Made by a program: the position numbers and the translations under genes
Assembly (NCBI GenBank): GCA_000708835.1
Contig: DF237151.1
Coordinates: 82,592-146,591, forward strand
Source: Klebsormidium nitens
Taxonomy: Eukaryota > Plantae > Klebsormidiophyceae
Length of the DNA: 64,000 bases
Reading direction: 5' to 3'
Shown: piece by piece, positions 52,938-64,000 of the stretch
Numbering within the stretch: the stretch's first letter is position 1
How the letters are laid out: every line of letters begins with the position of its first letter
The notes under the pieces: generated by a model
What the model was told of the DNA's origin: nothing
Databases searched by the model: none
The model's input: the letters and a program-made list of their open reading frames with translations, nothing else

Positions 52938-55900
52938 AAGCGGGAAAATGGGGAGCACAGTGTACCCAGGGGGTATTTTCTAAAAACAGATAATCGCAAC
53001 ATTCCGTGGGCATACAAGGCCTACTCAAAAGTACAGCACCGGAAAGCAGGAAAGATGGTGAAAAGAAGCTTGAATCCAGGCACCAAGTCCCAAATTCCAA
53101 GTTCGTAAATCTCAAACAGATAAATTTCAAAGAGGTCTCACCCGGTTGCCCGAAAAGCAGAAAGTGCGGCTGGCTCCTCAGCAGCATCTGCTCCAGGTTC
53201 TCCAGGTTCGGCAGCGCCGCTCGCGTGCTGTGAAACGCCTCCACCTTCACTCCAGGCATGGCCCCTGCCACGAACGTCAACCGGAACGGCGGGTCGTCTA
53301 CAGCTTCCCCCGGCCCAGCCCCCGCGCTCTCTCCTGCGCCGGAACTTCTAGACTTCCCTTCCATTGTTGGCCGCTTGATGAACCGGTAACCCGGCGCTAG
53401 GTGGTTTGCCTCGGGAAAATCGCCATCGGGCCTGAAAGACTCGAGCACGTGGCGTATCAGAGTGTCACCCGGGTCCAGGGGGATCACCCGGGGCGTGTCG
53501 CTGACGTCATAGTCGGTGTCGGGCGGGAGCAGCTCGTCGGTGAGGAAAAAGATGCCGTCGGAGGGGATCCCTTCCGGGTCGGTGTAGGCGAAGCGGAAGA
53601 AGACGCGGCGTTCGGCTGCAGAAAGAGAAAGGGCGACTTGGGCTCTTATACTGCGGTTCAGATTCTGATATCAAGGAACTTGGGAAATGCAGTGTTTCTG
53701 GCAGGACAGTAACCCCAGCCCAGCGCCCTTTTGTGAAAGACTCGTTTAGCGGCAGTATGCCCCAGGAAGACAGCGTTAGACGAAAGAAAGAAAGACCTTC
53801 AGACTCAGTCGATCAACATCTTGCCAGTGAGAGCAGTCAGCGCAGCTTTAAACTTGCAGGTTCGATGACTATTTTGACAGCTTTCTTGTCACATTGCAAG
53901 GAAACGGCACAGAGCAGACGAGTGACGCAACTCTTAGCGGACTGGATGGTTTTCGGACACACAGCGAGATGTCTGCAACCAAGCATGTCGCACGATCCCA
54001 CCAGACGTAGCTTATTGTCGATCGGGAATTCTCCTTTCCGAGAGAAACTTCCGACCTTTGAGAATTGAAAGCGTCAAACAGGATGGTAAAGGCACAACAA
54101 AACAAGACGAGCCGCAAGGGCACCCGCTTTTCCACACCTTCAATTACCCAAGCAGCCCCTGAGTTTCGAAAGACCAGAAGGAACCAAACCGCCCGAAACC
54201 GCTATCGCACCAACCTTCGCATACTCACTGGTGTCCTATTTCTTGCTTGCTTCCATTCCAGGCTGCGCAGTCTTCAATTTTTGCAAAAATGAATACCGCT
54301 CAAGAGTCCAAGACACCAAAGCAAACGGAAAACTTTATGCTCACCGGTGTCCCGTTCTCGCACTCATCCGTGTGCAAGCTGTGCAGTTTCGATTGTTGCA
54401 ACAATCAATACCGCCCACAAGTACAAGGCACCAAAGTAAAGGGGAAACTTTATGCTCACCGGTGTCCCGGTTCTCGCACGCTTCCATCTGCAGGCTGTGC
54501 AGTTCCTGGACTTCGGTTTGCAGATGGTCGATCAGGCACTGCCACTCGTCCGCAAAGTGGTCGATCGAGGCAGGATCCGACTTCTGCCGCCACGCCTGGA
54601 AGAGAAAAGTTCAATCAGGCGCGTTGCTTGCAACCCTCACTTCAAGCGTCGCAATTCAACCACCATCTTTTACGTTCAGGTAAATGAAATCAACTCCGAG
54701 GTCAAAAGGAGTCAACACGCAACACGCAGGATTGCGTCCGCTTCAGCAAGACTGGACAATATCGCCATGCCTGGATGAAAGAGAAGCCTTCTTGTTGGGA
54801 CCCAAAACCCCTGAATGAACCTTCAGATTGAGATTGGGGAACCCAATGTTTCGGATCATGTGGCTTCCACCACTTCATGCATCCACCATGCACGATTTGC
54901 AAATCTCAGGACAGAAGGGATGTAACAAAGAACCCTCAAGTTCGCTCAAAACGTAACCAAAGAAACTTAGCAATTGGACTGTACAGTTTGCGGATATAGT
55001 CGACTTTCCGACGAGCGTGATTGCGAAGCTCGTTTCTTCCTTTATCCTCCGGCTTCCAATTTGACTTCGACGATCGGGGAATGGCTGCCGATTCCACCTT
55101 TGAAAGGCTGCGACCTGTCGACTCTACTCGACAACCTACGTTTGACAACACTGGAATTGGTTGAAGAGAAAAATTTGAAAAGGCTCGTCGAAGTAAGTAT
55201 ACAACGAACCACTTGAGGAAGAAGGGACGAAGATTGAACCGGTGACACTGCCGATTAGCGATCGGTGAATTGACAGTGAACGAACGAAAGAACACGGGCA
55301 AAGCACAATCCTTCCAAATCTTCAGTGATGTTTCACAAAAATGAAACTTACCAGGAAGTTTTGCAGAACTTCAAAGAACTGCAGTTTGTACGCAACGCCC
55401 TCCGCGAGCCCCTTCTCCAGCAGCACCGTCTTCCCGTCCATGATCCCTTTGAACCCGTGGCCGTCCTCATACGCTGGCAGCGGCAGCTTCAGCGTAGGGT
55501 ACTCCCCTTCCTCATAGCCCACCCTCTCTTCTTCTCCGCTTTCCGATCCGCTCTGATCCGATTCATCGTCACTGGAATCGGAGTCAAACTGCCACATTTG
55601 CGCCCGCACGTGCATTGCGTCCGCTAGCTCGTCGACGTCTCGCTCGGACTGGCCGAACTCATTTCCAGAGCTCTCGTCTTCGTAGTAGTCGTCGAACGAG
55701 CTCTCGTCGTCGCCCATGCCCACACAAGAATCCTCCCCATCCCCATGTTCTGCTATGGAGATCTGGACTCTGACATCAGGCCCCTCCGAGTCTTCCTCCG
55801 CCTCAGTGTGACTGATCGCCGACTCGAACCCAATCTTATCCCAGTGGTCGAACACGACGTCCTGTTGCTCCCGGGGGTAAATCAGCCGCATCCACGGTCC

Positions 55901-56962
55901 CCCCCCTGGTTTGCCTCTGGAAACTACCCCCGGGACCAGCGACGGCAGCTCAATGTAGCTCTGGGGGGCGCTGGCCATCCCTCCAAAAGTAGCCGCCGTC
56001 TTATTCTCCCCGCTTGTCGTTTCAGCTTTCTTCTGCCCTGCCCCCCCTCCTCGACCATCGTCGTCGCCGTCGTAAGCCCAGCTGCTAGCAGTGCAACCGA
56101 CCAACGGGAGGACGCCACCTGTCGCCTCCTCGCCGCTCTTTCCCCCCCCCCTCCCTTCTGCGTGCAACACAGAGTTGCTGCTTCTGCTACGCACCCCACC
56201 CCGCGGATACTCAGTCGCATGGTAGATCACAGCTTTCTGGCTCCGTTCCGCTCGCCCAAACCCTTTCCTCTCCGACCCCGCCCTCACATGCCACTGCCAT
56301 GTCTTGTCATCAAACAGAATGGGCCCCCCGCTTCGTCTTCTATCTGCCCTGAGCACTTCCCCACTTCTCAACACCTTCCCCTCATCTCGTCGCCCTCCTC
56401 CCACCCCACCATCGCGTCTTATTGCGCCAGTCAAAGCCCCACCAAATTCTGTGGACTTCACACCGACTGCTTCATGAGGACTGGGCTTTCCCCCTGTCTG
56501 TTCAGAGTTGCCTCCAGGATTCGCCCCTCCCATCCGATTCGCCAGCTCAGCAACAGCCCCCCACGCGGCCCCCGTCGGCTTGGACACATAGGCGACCCCC
56601 ACGTTTGGGACCCCCAGCAATAGCTTACGGGCATGGTGCCAAGCCAGAGCGGCTGCCCCTGGCAGATGCCCCTGTTCAATGATGACTGTGGCAAACTTGT
56701 GCAGGGATCCATCGACCGTCCTGTGCTCTGCCGTCCAGGACTGAGTGACCTCTAGACGTTCTCCTGGGGGAGTCTGCTCGAGGGCTGGCTTTTGGAAGCT
56801 GTCAGGGTCTGCCTGAGTGGGTGCAGAATGCTGGAAGCGGGAAAGGGGCTGGCTGTCTCTAAGTAGCAGACAGAGGGCGGAGAGGGCGCTGACTCGGTGG
56901 TTGAGTCCATAGGGCTTTAGAGAGGATATGTAATGCTGGACAAGCTTCTGAGAAAGTGCCAT
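52938..56962 (-). CDS. Uncharacterised multi-exon protein with a long Gly-rich first exon and an acidic D/E/S tract; 3' end uncertain
   Basis: The ATG exon 55352-56962 (537 codons, donor CTG|GTAAGT) splices in phase to 54460-54595 (AWRQKSDPASIDHFADEWQCLIDHLQ...), then 53142-53615 (RVFFRFAYTDPEGIPSDGIFFLTDELLP...) and probably 52938-52979. Exons are GC-rich. I do not recognise a family. Confidence 0.72.
54215..54520 (-). repeat. Three ~115-bp tandem copies of an exon 3' end plus donor site
   Basis: aaactttatgctcaccggtgtccc at 54330 and 54445, with a diverged third copy (gcatactcactggtgtcc) at 54219. Each retains a GTGAG donor on the minus strand. Confidence 0.85.
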
Positions 56963-58354
56963 GGGGAGGAGCTTCTTACAAGGCTACTTGGCCTGATGTA
57001 GCAAATGAGGACTTCCAGGACAGGCCAATTCACCTGCAATCAAGCATGCACAATTGAGCGTCAGTTCAGCTGCTTGATGTGCAAAGAAGTGCAGAAAAAG
57101 AAACTCAGCTGAAGATGCTGTATGCACGCAATGCATAGACGTTTTTTTAGAACAATCATGATTCCGAATTGTAAAGCATTTTGTCCGCCTCTAATCCCTC
57201 TCCACAAGTTTCTGATTATTGCATAAACGCTGACATTTTCTGTTCCCTCGTAATAGCAGACAATTGACAGACTTCTCAGCAGGAAACAGAGCCTTTCGAT
57301 AATCAGACTCCCTGTTGTGTCACTTTCAATACAACCACCACTCCACATGGCCCGAGTTCTAGCAAAGAACACTGACATAAGCCTTCATTCTTGCATAAGC
57401 TTCTCTTCTTGCTATAAGCTTTCCTTCTTGCCTTAAGTACATATTAAGGTATAACCAGCTGCAATCAAGGGCACTCTGCCAAACGTTTGAACGAATGTCT
57501 GCTACTAGCCTGCAATGCCAGCATCATCCGATTCCACAGCAATGCAATTGTGCTGATGCAACCATCATATGACTACATAAGCAGAGCTTGATTGGATTTA
57601 CTGATTCATGGGCGGACATAGAAGCAAGTAGACCAAGCCTTTGAAGGTACCCTACCAATGGAAGCCCTCTGAACCTTGATGCAAAAGGGCGATGCGAACA
57701 TGCCTTTCCGCAGGATGGTCCCCCTTCGTTGCATGAACATTGATACTCTTAGAGGACGTATGCCAAATGGCAATCTTTCATCCCTACTCTTGCTCCATTT
57801 TGTCAATTTAAGGTACTTCTCTAGCTTTTGGAAGCTTGCTTGGTGCCATGCACAGCTCTCGAGGTCCTTCCTGCTTTGATGTGTTGCAGCTGGCCGGGCT
57901 GCCTAGAGTAGAGCTGGCCGCCAGTTTTTGCCGCCTTATATGAGCTTAGCCACTGGTAATATATTGCAAACTAGAGAATGTCTCGAAAAGAGGGGTCTGG
58001 TTACTGGTACTCGGAGAGTCCAAACTTCAAAGCTGCTTCTGACCAACCATATACCGGTACTGTATTGTCGGAGTAGACTTGCTTGAGAATAGGTGTCATA
58101 TACCCTTTGGAAATGCAGCTTGCCAGCTCCACAAGTGAAGAAAAGAGTCCGGAGTTTCAGAATGGAGAGAAGGGCGCAAACTTAAAGTTTTGAGAGAACT
58201 TGAACTTGAAGTTGAACAGCGAAGGGTGCCCTTAGGGCTAATTTCTGCAGATTGGAAGTTAATCAAGTCGTGCAGTAGAAGGGTTTGGTGAGATTCTTCC
58301 GACTAAGAACATCGTCTTTGGCCGACAGGCCAGTGCGACTGACAACTTGCAACC
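56963..58354. promoter_or_regulatory. Shared upstream region of a divergent (head-to-head) gene pair
   Basis: The two ATGs (56962 minus, 58355 plus) are 1.39 kb apart. Minus-strand acceptor-like cttgattgcag at ~57037 and ~57458 suggests 5'-UTR introns in the unknown gene. No specific cis-element is claimed. Confidence 0.45.
57377..57437. repeat. Short degenerate minisatellite (~19-20 nt, about 3.5 copies) upstream of the unknown gene
   Basis: ataagccttcattcttgc|ataagcttctcttcttgct|ataagcttttccttcttgcc|ttaag. Confidence 0.7.
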
Positions 58355-61300
58355 ATGGGGATGAAATTTCTGAACAAGAAGGGATGGCATCCGGCGACCT
58401 TCCGCAACCAGGAGCGGGTATGGAAGGCGGAGCAGAAGCACAAGGAGGAGGAGACAAAGATGGCGGAGCTGCAGAAGCAGGTGCGGGAGGAACGGGAGCG
58501 GGAGGAGTTTCGGGAGCTGCAGATTCGGGCGGGCGTCAAGCCGTAAGTTTGACTCTTTCCTTTCAGGACGTTTGCTTTGTAGAGTACATAGTCCCTCTTC
58601 TCGCCCTGTATTCTTCTATAGCTGTTGACAGTTTCCGTCCACTTCAGGTGACCTTTTGGAGTCCAACTGTGCAAGTGATTATGGGACTGTGAATTTTTGA
58701 GTACAATTCTTTCCCCATTGCTTGTCACTGTAGCAATTGACTTTTGGTTCTCTGAGTCCAGCTTTGAGTCTCAATTCAGCAAGACAGTTGCACAACTCTC
58801 TGCTCGTCTCACATGTCTGCGGTCATCAATCGTCTAGTCACTCTCAAGGTTTAGCGAGTAAGGTGCAAGAAGCCAAACCCCTTGAAATTCTGCTTTTGAG
58901 TTGTTCATCCTGGTGCACTGAACCTGCTTCATTGCTTTTTTGCAGCAAGCACCTTATAGGTAGACTGCTTCTATTTGTATGCAAATCTTGAGCTTGTCGC
59001 ATGTGGAGCACTCAACCTTCGACAGGGCCCCGTCCCCTCATAGTTTCGTCAACAAGACACTTTAAAGGCAGGCAGCCTTGATTGCTGGCAGAATGTTTGT
59101 GGCTGTCTACATATTGCTTTGGAAAAGATGCACTTCATAGTTGGTGCGATTGCCTTAGTTGCGGTTCATTAAGTCACTGAATTGCTTTGGCTTGGGGCAG
59201 TACTGCTGAGCACCAAGTTGCGTTTAAAATACACACGGCGAGCCTGATTGCATCAAAGCACCCCCTTTTATCTGTGTTTCCTGCCATTGACACCAATTGC
59301 TTCTTGCTGCAGTCAGCAAGAGCGTTTGGACTTCTTGTATGAGTCTGGCCTCGGAGTCGGGAAACCGTCTGAGGCTGCGCCACCGTCAACTGAGGAGTAC
59401 CTCTTGGGAAAGCCGGTTGAGGAAGCGAGCAAGACTGAGACGATCAGCAAGGTAAGATTCAAGTGCCTCTTATTGGTTCTCCAAAGGCGTTGTATCCCCT
59501 AAAAATCTTGCGCAAGGCGGCGCTGTACTTACGCATCTTGAAGTGATGCATCTGTACCTGATTCTCTGTCGCATCTTTCCCAACACAATACAGTATGTCC
59601 TCAAAGGGAGGTGCTGTTCAAACTATAAAATCGCCCAGCATCTTTGCAAGGTATCATAGGCGCTATACAGAAGTTCTCATTGGAAGATTTAATATTCAAT
59701 TATCGTTGCGTCTTGAGGAACCACGAAGGACGTCACTGTGCTGATTTTGAAAACCTGTTAAATATTTGCCTTCGCCCCAGCTCTTTCTATCACTCACTCT
59801 ACCGTACGTCTCCCAGCTTGAGGTGCTCTTCAAGGAAACGGACGACTTCGTACCACCGAGCATTGGCTTCCACAAAAGCTGCGGCATCATTTGATGGTTG
59901 CTCTCAAAGAAGCATAGAAGGAACGTCCTCATACAGAGCACTAACCTTTAGGCACTCTCTGTCTTGACATGCAGGACTTTTCTCAGCCGGGGTCGCTGTT
60001 TCAGCAAGCGGACGACCCCGCCTCGAAGAACGACGCGTGGCGGAAGCTGCACTCCGACCCGTTGCTGGCGATCAAGCAGCAGGAGCAGGCCGCGCTTGCA
60101 AAAATCAAGGAGAACCCGATGCAGATGATGATGATCAAGCAACAGGTTAGACCTCAGAGCCAGCTTTGGTTCAGAGCTGCTTTTATGTTTTGACAGACGG
60201 TCTGATATTTCCAAAACATTCAGCGCCTTTCATGAGTTTCATCTTGAAAGTTTTGATGAAACCGATGCTGCGATTGGCCTCGTTTGAAGCCTTAGCGCTT
60301 GTAAACATCGAGGAGATTCTCGTATAGCTGATGATTTGGAGCATCGGGTCTTCTTCCCTCCTGATTCATTTGTTTCTTTCTGTGTGGATTTGTCAGTCCT
60401 CACTCTGAGCCCATCGGCGTCGAATTGCTGGCGTCGCCGTTTCTTTGACCATGTGTGCCAACAGGTGTGTAATCGTTTTGCGCTTCAGTCCTTTCAGCTG
60501 GTGTTCATGCCTGCTCACTCCCCTTTGTACTTTCTGCCAGGCTGCTGACAAGAAGGCCCAGAAAAAGGAGGAGAAACGGCGGGCGAAGGAGGAGCGGAGG
60601 GCCGAGCGGAAGCGGAAGAGAGAAGAGCGGAAGAAACGCAGACGGGCGGACTCGTCGGAGTCCGACTCGGAGAGTGAGTCAGAGGATGAGAAATCGTCCA
60701 AGCCGCCCCCAGAAAAGAAACGTGCGCCAGTGCTCGAAGAGGCTCCGGCGGGAGGAGGGCGGAACGGACATTCTCATGGAGGGTTTATCGATAAAGAAAG
60801 GGATTTGGTGACGACGCATAGAGGGGACGAGTTGGGGACCGACTCTCGACACAGGGGCCGGTCGCCTGTAAGAGTGAACGGGAGGGAAGAAGAATACCGT
60901 GACCGGGAGGGTGCAAGGTACGGAGATCGCATGCTGGAAAGAAACAGGAGAGATGTTTTGCCTCGGGGCAGGAGGGAGGAACTGGGGAGGTCGTATGGGG
61001 GGCGGTACGGTAGGGGCTATTCGCCAGAGAGGCATCGGCGGTCTCCGGACCGGTTCCGGAATGGAGGGGCGCATCATCAGGGAGGAAGGGATGACCGAGA
61101 GAGGTCTTTGGACCGGAACCGGAACGGGGGGCGGCATTCTCGCGGAGGAAGGTCCCCCCGCAGGGATGGTCGGGAAAGGTCGCCAGAAGATCCGCGGAAG
61201 AGACAGCAGCATGACAGCTCAGACGAAGAAGCAGAGAAAAGGCAACCAGTACGAAGCGCCGGGGAGAAAAGAGGGCGGAACGGGGAACGTGAAAAAGGGG

Positions 61301-62836
61301 AGGAACGAGGGCCACACACTGAGAAGAGACGGGATGAATTCTCTAGGAAAGATGACGAGGAACTGCGGGCGAACCAAGATCGGAAACGGCATGACACCCC
61401 TGAGAGCGATGAAGAGAGAAGCGGAGAAGAGGGGAAGCGGAAGGCTCAGAGAGGATCCGAGTTGAGAGAGAGCAGCGGTCGGAACGGGGATGATCGCACG
61501 GCCGTCAAGGACGAGCCGCAACGGAGTGATAGCAGTGAGGGGGCTCGTGACGTGAGGGTCAAAAAGGAAGATGCTTCCGACGGGGAAGAAGGCGCTGAGC
61601 GCCCTGAACCGGGACCGGTTAGTGGGATGGTTAAGAAGGAGGAAGCCGAGGATTCAGATGACGAGCCCGGGAAGTTGAAGGGCTATGGGCTCATCCCCGG
61701 AAGGGGGGGGCTACAGCTGCCTGCAAAGCGGACCGGCGATGCCCCCCCTGTGCCGTATAAGAAGCCGGAGGAGCCTGCGAAAGCGCCGCCCAGGGTTAGG
61801 CACGTGCCTGGTGAGGAATCTGCTTTGCGTCAAACCATACCAATCGACTGACGAAGTCTTTCAACGCGAATCCCGGATTCTTAGTCTGGAAGGTTTTGCT
61901 AACGCTGGGAGCGCGCCAAGTGCATGGCTACTGCTAAGACGCAATCGCTTGTCGTGGACAGATTTTTGCAGAGTTCGTGCTGAACTGCAGGTCTTGGGAC
62001 GGAGTATATGAGTAATGGTCTCTGGCAGTATATGAGATGTGGTCTGTGGCTTGTGTGTCTAAAGCGGCTTTTGTTCCTGAGCTGGGTTAGAGAAGCTGGC
62101 AAAAGTCTGCTTTGCCGACATTCTGTCACTTTAAGTCCCCTCGAACCATCTCAGCGTCACGATCCGTTTGCCGCCATTTGATTGGCACCAGCAGGCATTG
62201 TTTCTCCGACCCGCGGCCTTGTTAGAACGTCTACCTAATTTCTTCGATATTGTGGGGCACAAGTTTCTTCCCCTAAGAATTGAAAGTCTCCAAAGGTCTT
62301 AGAAGACCGGCAAACTTTTTGAAAACACTCTGCACTGTTCTTATACTTTGGCCTCTGGACAGCCCATTGCTTGAAGTCATTACTTTTTCTTGAAACCTTC
62401 CATGCATCCGTGGTATTCGTGATGCTTTCCCTTCAACCCGCTTCGTCATATTTCCATATCTCGTCACCGCTTTCCGCCCTCCGCAAAGATGAGCGGAAAC
62501 AGAAGAGCAGAGTTAAAGTTGTGACTTCTCCCTCCTTCCTGGTTTCCAGGTAAACTCACAGAGGAAGAGAAGGCCCGTCGGCTGGCCGAGATGCAGCAGG
62601 ACGCCAACGTGCACGAAGCCAGCCGCGTGCATCGTCTAAAACGGGCGGCCGAGAAGGAGGATCGAGATGATGCGGCGGCGGCGAAAGCTGCGGCTGGGAA
62701 GAGTTATCTCGGCGGTCTCGAGAAGAGTGCGTACGGGTTGGAAAAGGGCGGGAGCGTTGAGGATAGCATCCGGAGAAGGACGCACTTCCGAGAGAAGGGC
62801 CCGGCTGCCAGCAACGCAAATGCTTTCCGGCGATGA
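58355..62836 (+). CDS. CWC25: Pre-mRNA splicing factor CWC25-like protein (CIR N-terminal domain, long R/E/D/S-rich low-complexity middle), 5 exons
   Basis: Exons 58355-58542, 59313-59451, 59975-60145, 60541-61810 and 62550-62836 join in frame at GT-AG sites. The product reads MGMKFLNKKGWHPATFRNQERVWKAEQK...QQERLDFLYESGL...NDAWRKLHSDPLLAIKQQEQ...KLTEEEKARRLAEMQ...NAFRR*, matching motifs I recognise from plant CWC25/CIR-family proteins. Confidence 0.92.
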
Positions 62837-63327
62837 TACTTCACTGGGGCGAAGATCATCGAGCGCGGACTCAACGTGAACTATTTGCACTCTGATATAC
62901 AAATTTTACCGAGCATCCAAGTTTTTGGGGTGCATTCCTACATTTGGCCACCGCATGCTGCCTGTCAGTTGGTGTCACCAAAATCAGAACCATTATCAGA
63001 ATCGAGTTGCCTGGCTTGTCATCGGACAGGGCATTTCAAAGGACATACAAGTAAGAATATATGCTGAGTTCCACACCTTCATACGAGACTCCCTGGGCCC
63101 CCATGACATTATTGAGACGAAACTTCGATCAATGATCGCGGATCTAAGTTACTGTGGTTATCCGACGCGCGCGCTGCACTCACTCCCAACGCTACTTAGC
63201 CGCGGGCCAGCACCTGCCAGGCCCGCACCGTTGTGGCAGCGGCCCTAGCAGGCTAGTCGATCTAGTAATGATATACGTGACCGTCTAAATGTTTCAGACC
63301 CGCCCACGCATTCGATGAATCATATGC

Positions 63328-63377
63328 ATGACGGGGGCACTGAGGCACTCATGACGGGGGCCGCGGTGTACTCATGC
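63328..63377. repeat. 23-nt tandem repeat (just over 2 copies)
   Basis: catgacgggggcactgaggcact|catgacgggggccgcggtgtact|catg. Confidence 0.65.
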
Positions 63378-64000
63378 ATGCCTAGTGGCATTTGGCAAGT
63401 ATTTAACCTGTCCATGTACCGGCGTCATGCCTAGACTGACAACACTAAGGTTTGCATAGTATAAACCGTTAGATTTGTGCATGCACAATGCGAATAAATG
63501 ATCGGCTCATGTGTGCGCGGCGTGGTCATGCAATGATATATGCTAGCTGGTAAGATGCTTTAAACAATCTATGTTTGACAGCTCATGTCTGGACGAGCTA
63601 TTAGTTTGCGCATGCTCTGCACACGCGCCTTCCGCATATGCGCTGCACGAGTCGATCACGTCGAATCATGGCATCCCAATGACTTCGAACTTCAAAACTT
63701 CAAAAGCTCTATTGTTCGACTCACTAGCTCACGATTCCGTCAAACCATTGTATTCAGGAACGTCACTCAGTGGGCACTTGTATCCACTTGTCCCTGAGAC
63801 TCGTCAGAAGCGCGGGCGGAGCTAAGTCGGCCGCGTGGCGCACCTTCGCCCTCCAGAAGGTCCAAGAAGGGACCGGCGTTGGTGCACTGCAGAAAACAAT
63901 GAAGTCAAAGGTTCGTATATGAGGACTTGGGATGATTGGGTACCACGTGCATCAGTGGTAAAGAATGCTACGCACAAAAAACCATGTCTCTTCGGTTTAG

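Noticed and set aside
55325-56712. Long plus ORFs (e.g. 55745-56623, 292 aa) and alternative-frame ORFs
   Set aside because: Antisense or out-of-frame shadows of the GC-rich 55352-56962 exon.
60393-61521. Several Pro/Ser/Arg-rich minus and alternative-frame ORFs
   Set aside because: Antisense or frame shadows of the low-complexity CWC25 exon 4.
1-64000. tRNA, rRNA, snRNA or telomeric arrays
   Set aside because: No recognisable cloverleaf, rRNA motif or tandem TTTAGGG-type array was seen by eye.

Overview
Eukaryotic, intron-rich DNA. The GC-rich exons, GT-AG introns and plant-type CWC25 suggest a streptophyte alga such as Klebsormidium (inference only). Three apparently intact spliced genes can be reconstructed: a LON N-terminal (substrate-binding) domain protein (minus, ~39.4-44.2 kb), an unknown acidic protein (minus, ~52.9-57.0 kb) and the splicing factor CWC25 (plus, 58355-62836). 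Most of 0-10.5 kb, 13.8-39.2 kb and 44.8-52 kb is a minus-strand graveyard of degenerate, duplicated LRR-type (possibly F-box/LRR) genes, interrupted by a decayed Ty3/Gypsy-like pol fragment at ~11.6-12.9 kb. The most striking signal is one ~100-110 nt intron-like element recurring dozens of times through these relics, on one strand. It has conserved nested inverted repeats: an outer GCAGCR/YGCTGC pair and an inner TGGGGC/GCCCCA or GGGCCCGC/GCGGGCCC pair. It also forms the spacer of a ~325-bp exon+intron tandem array at 47-50.6 kb. All alignments, translations and counts were made by eye and need machine confirmation.
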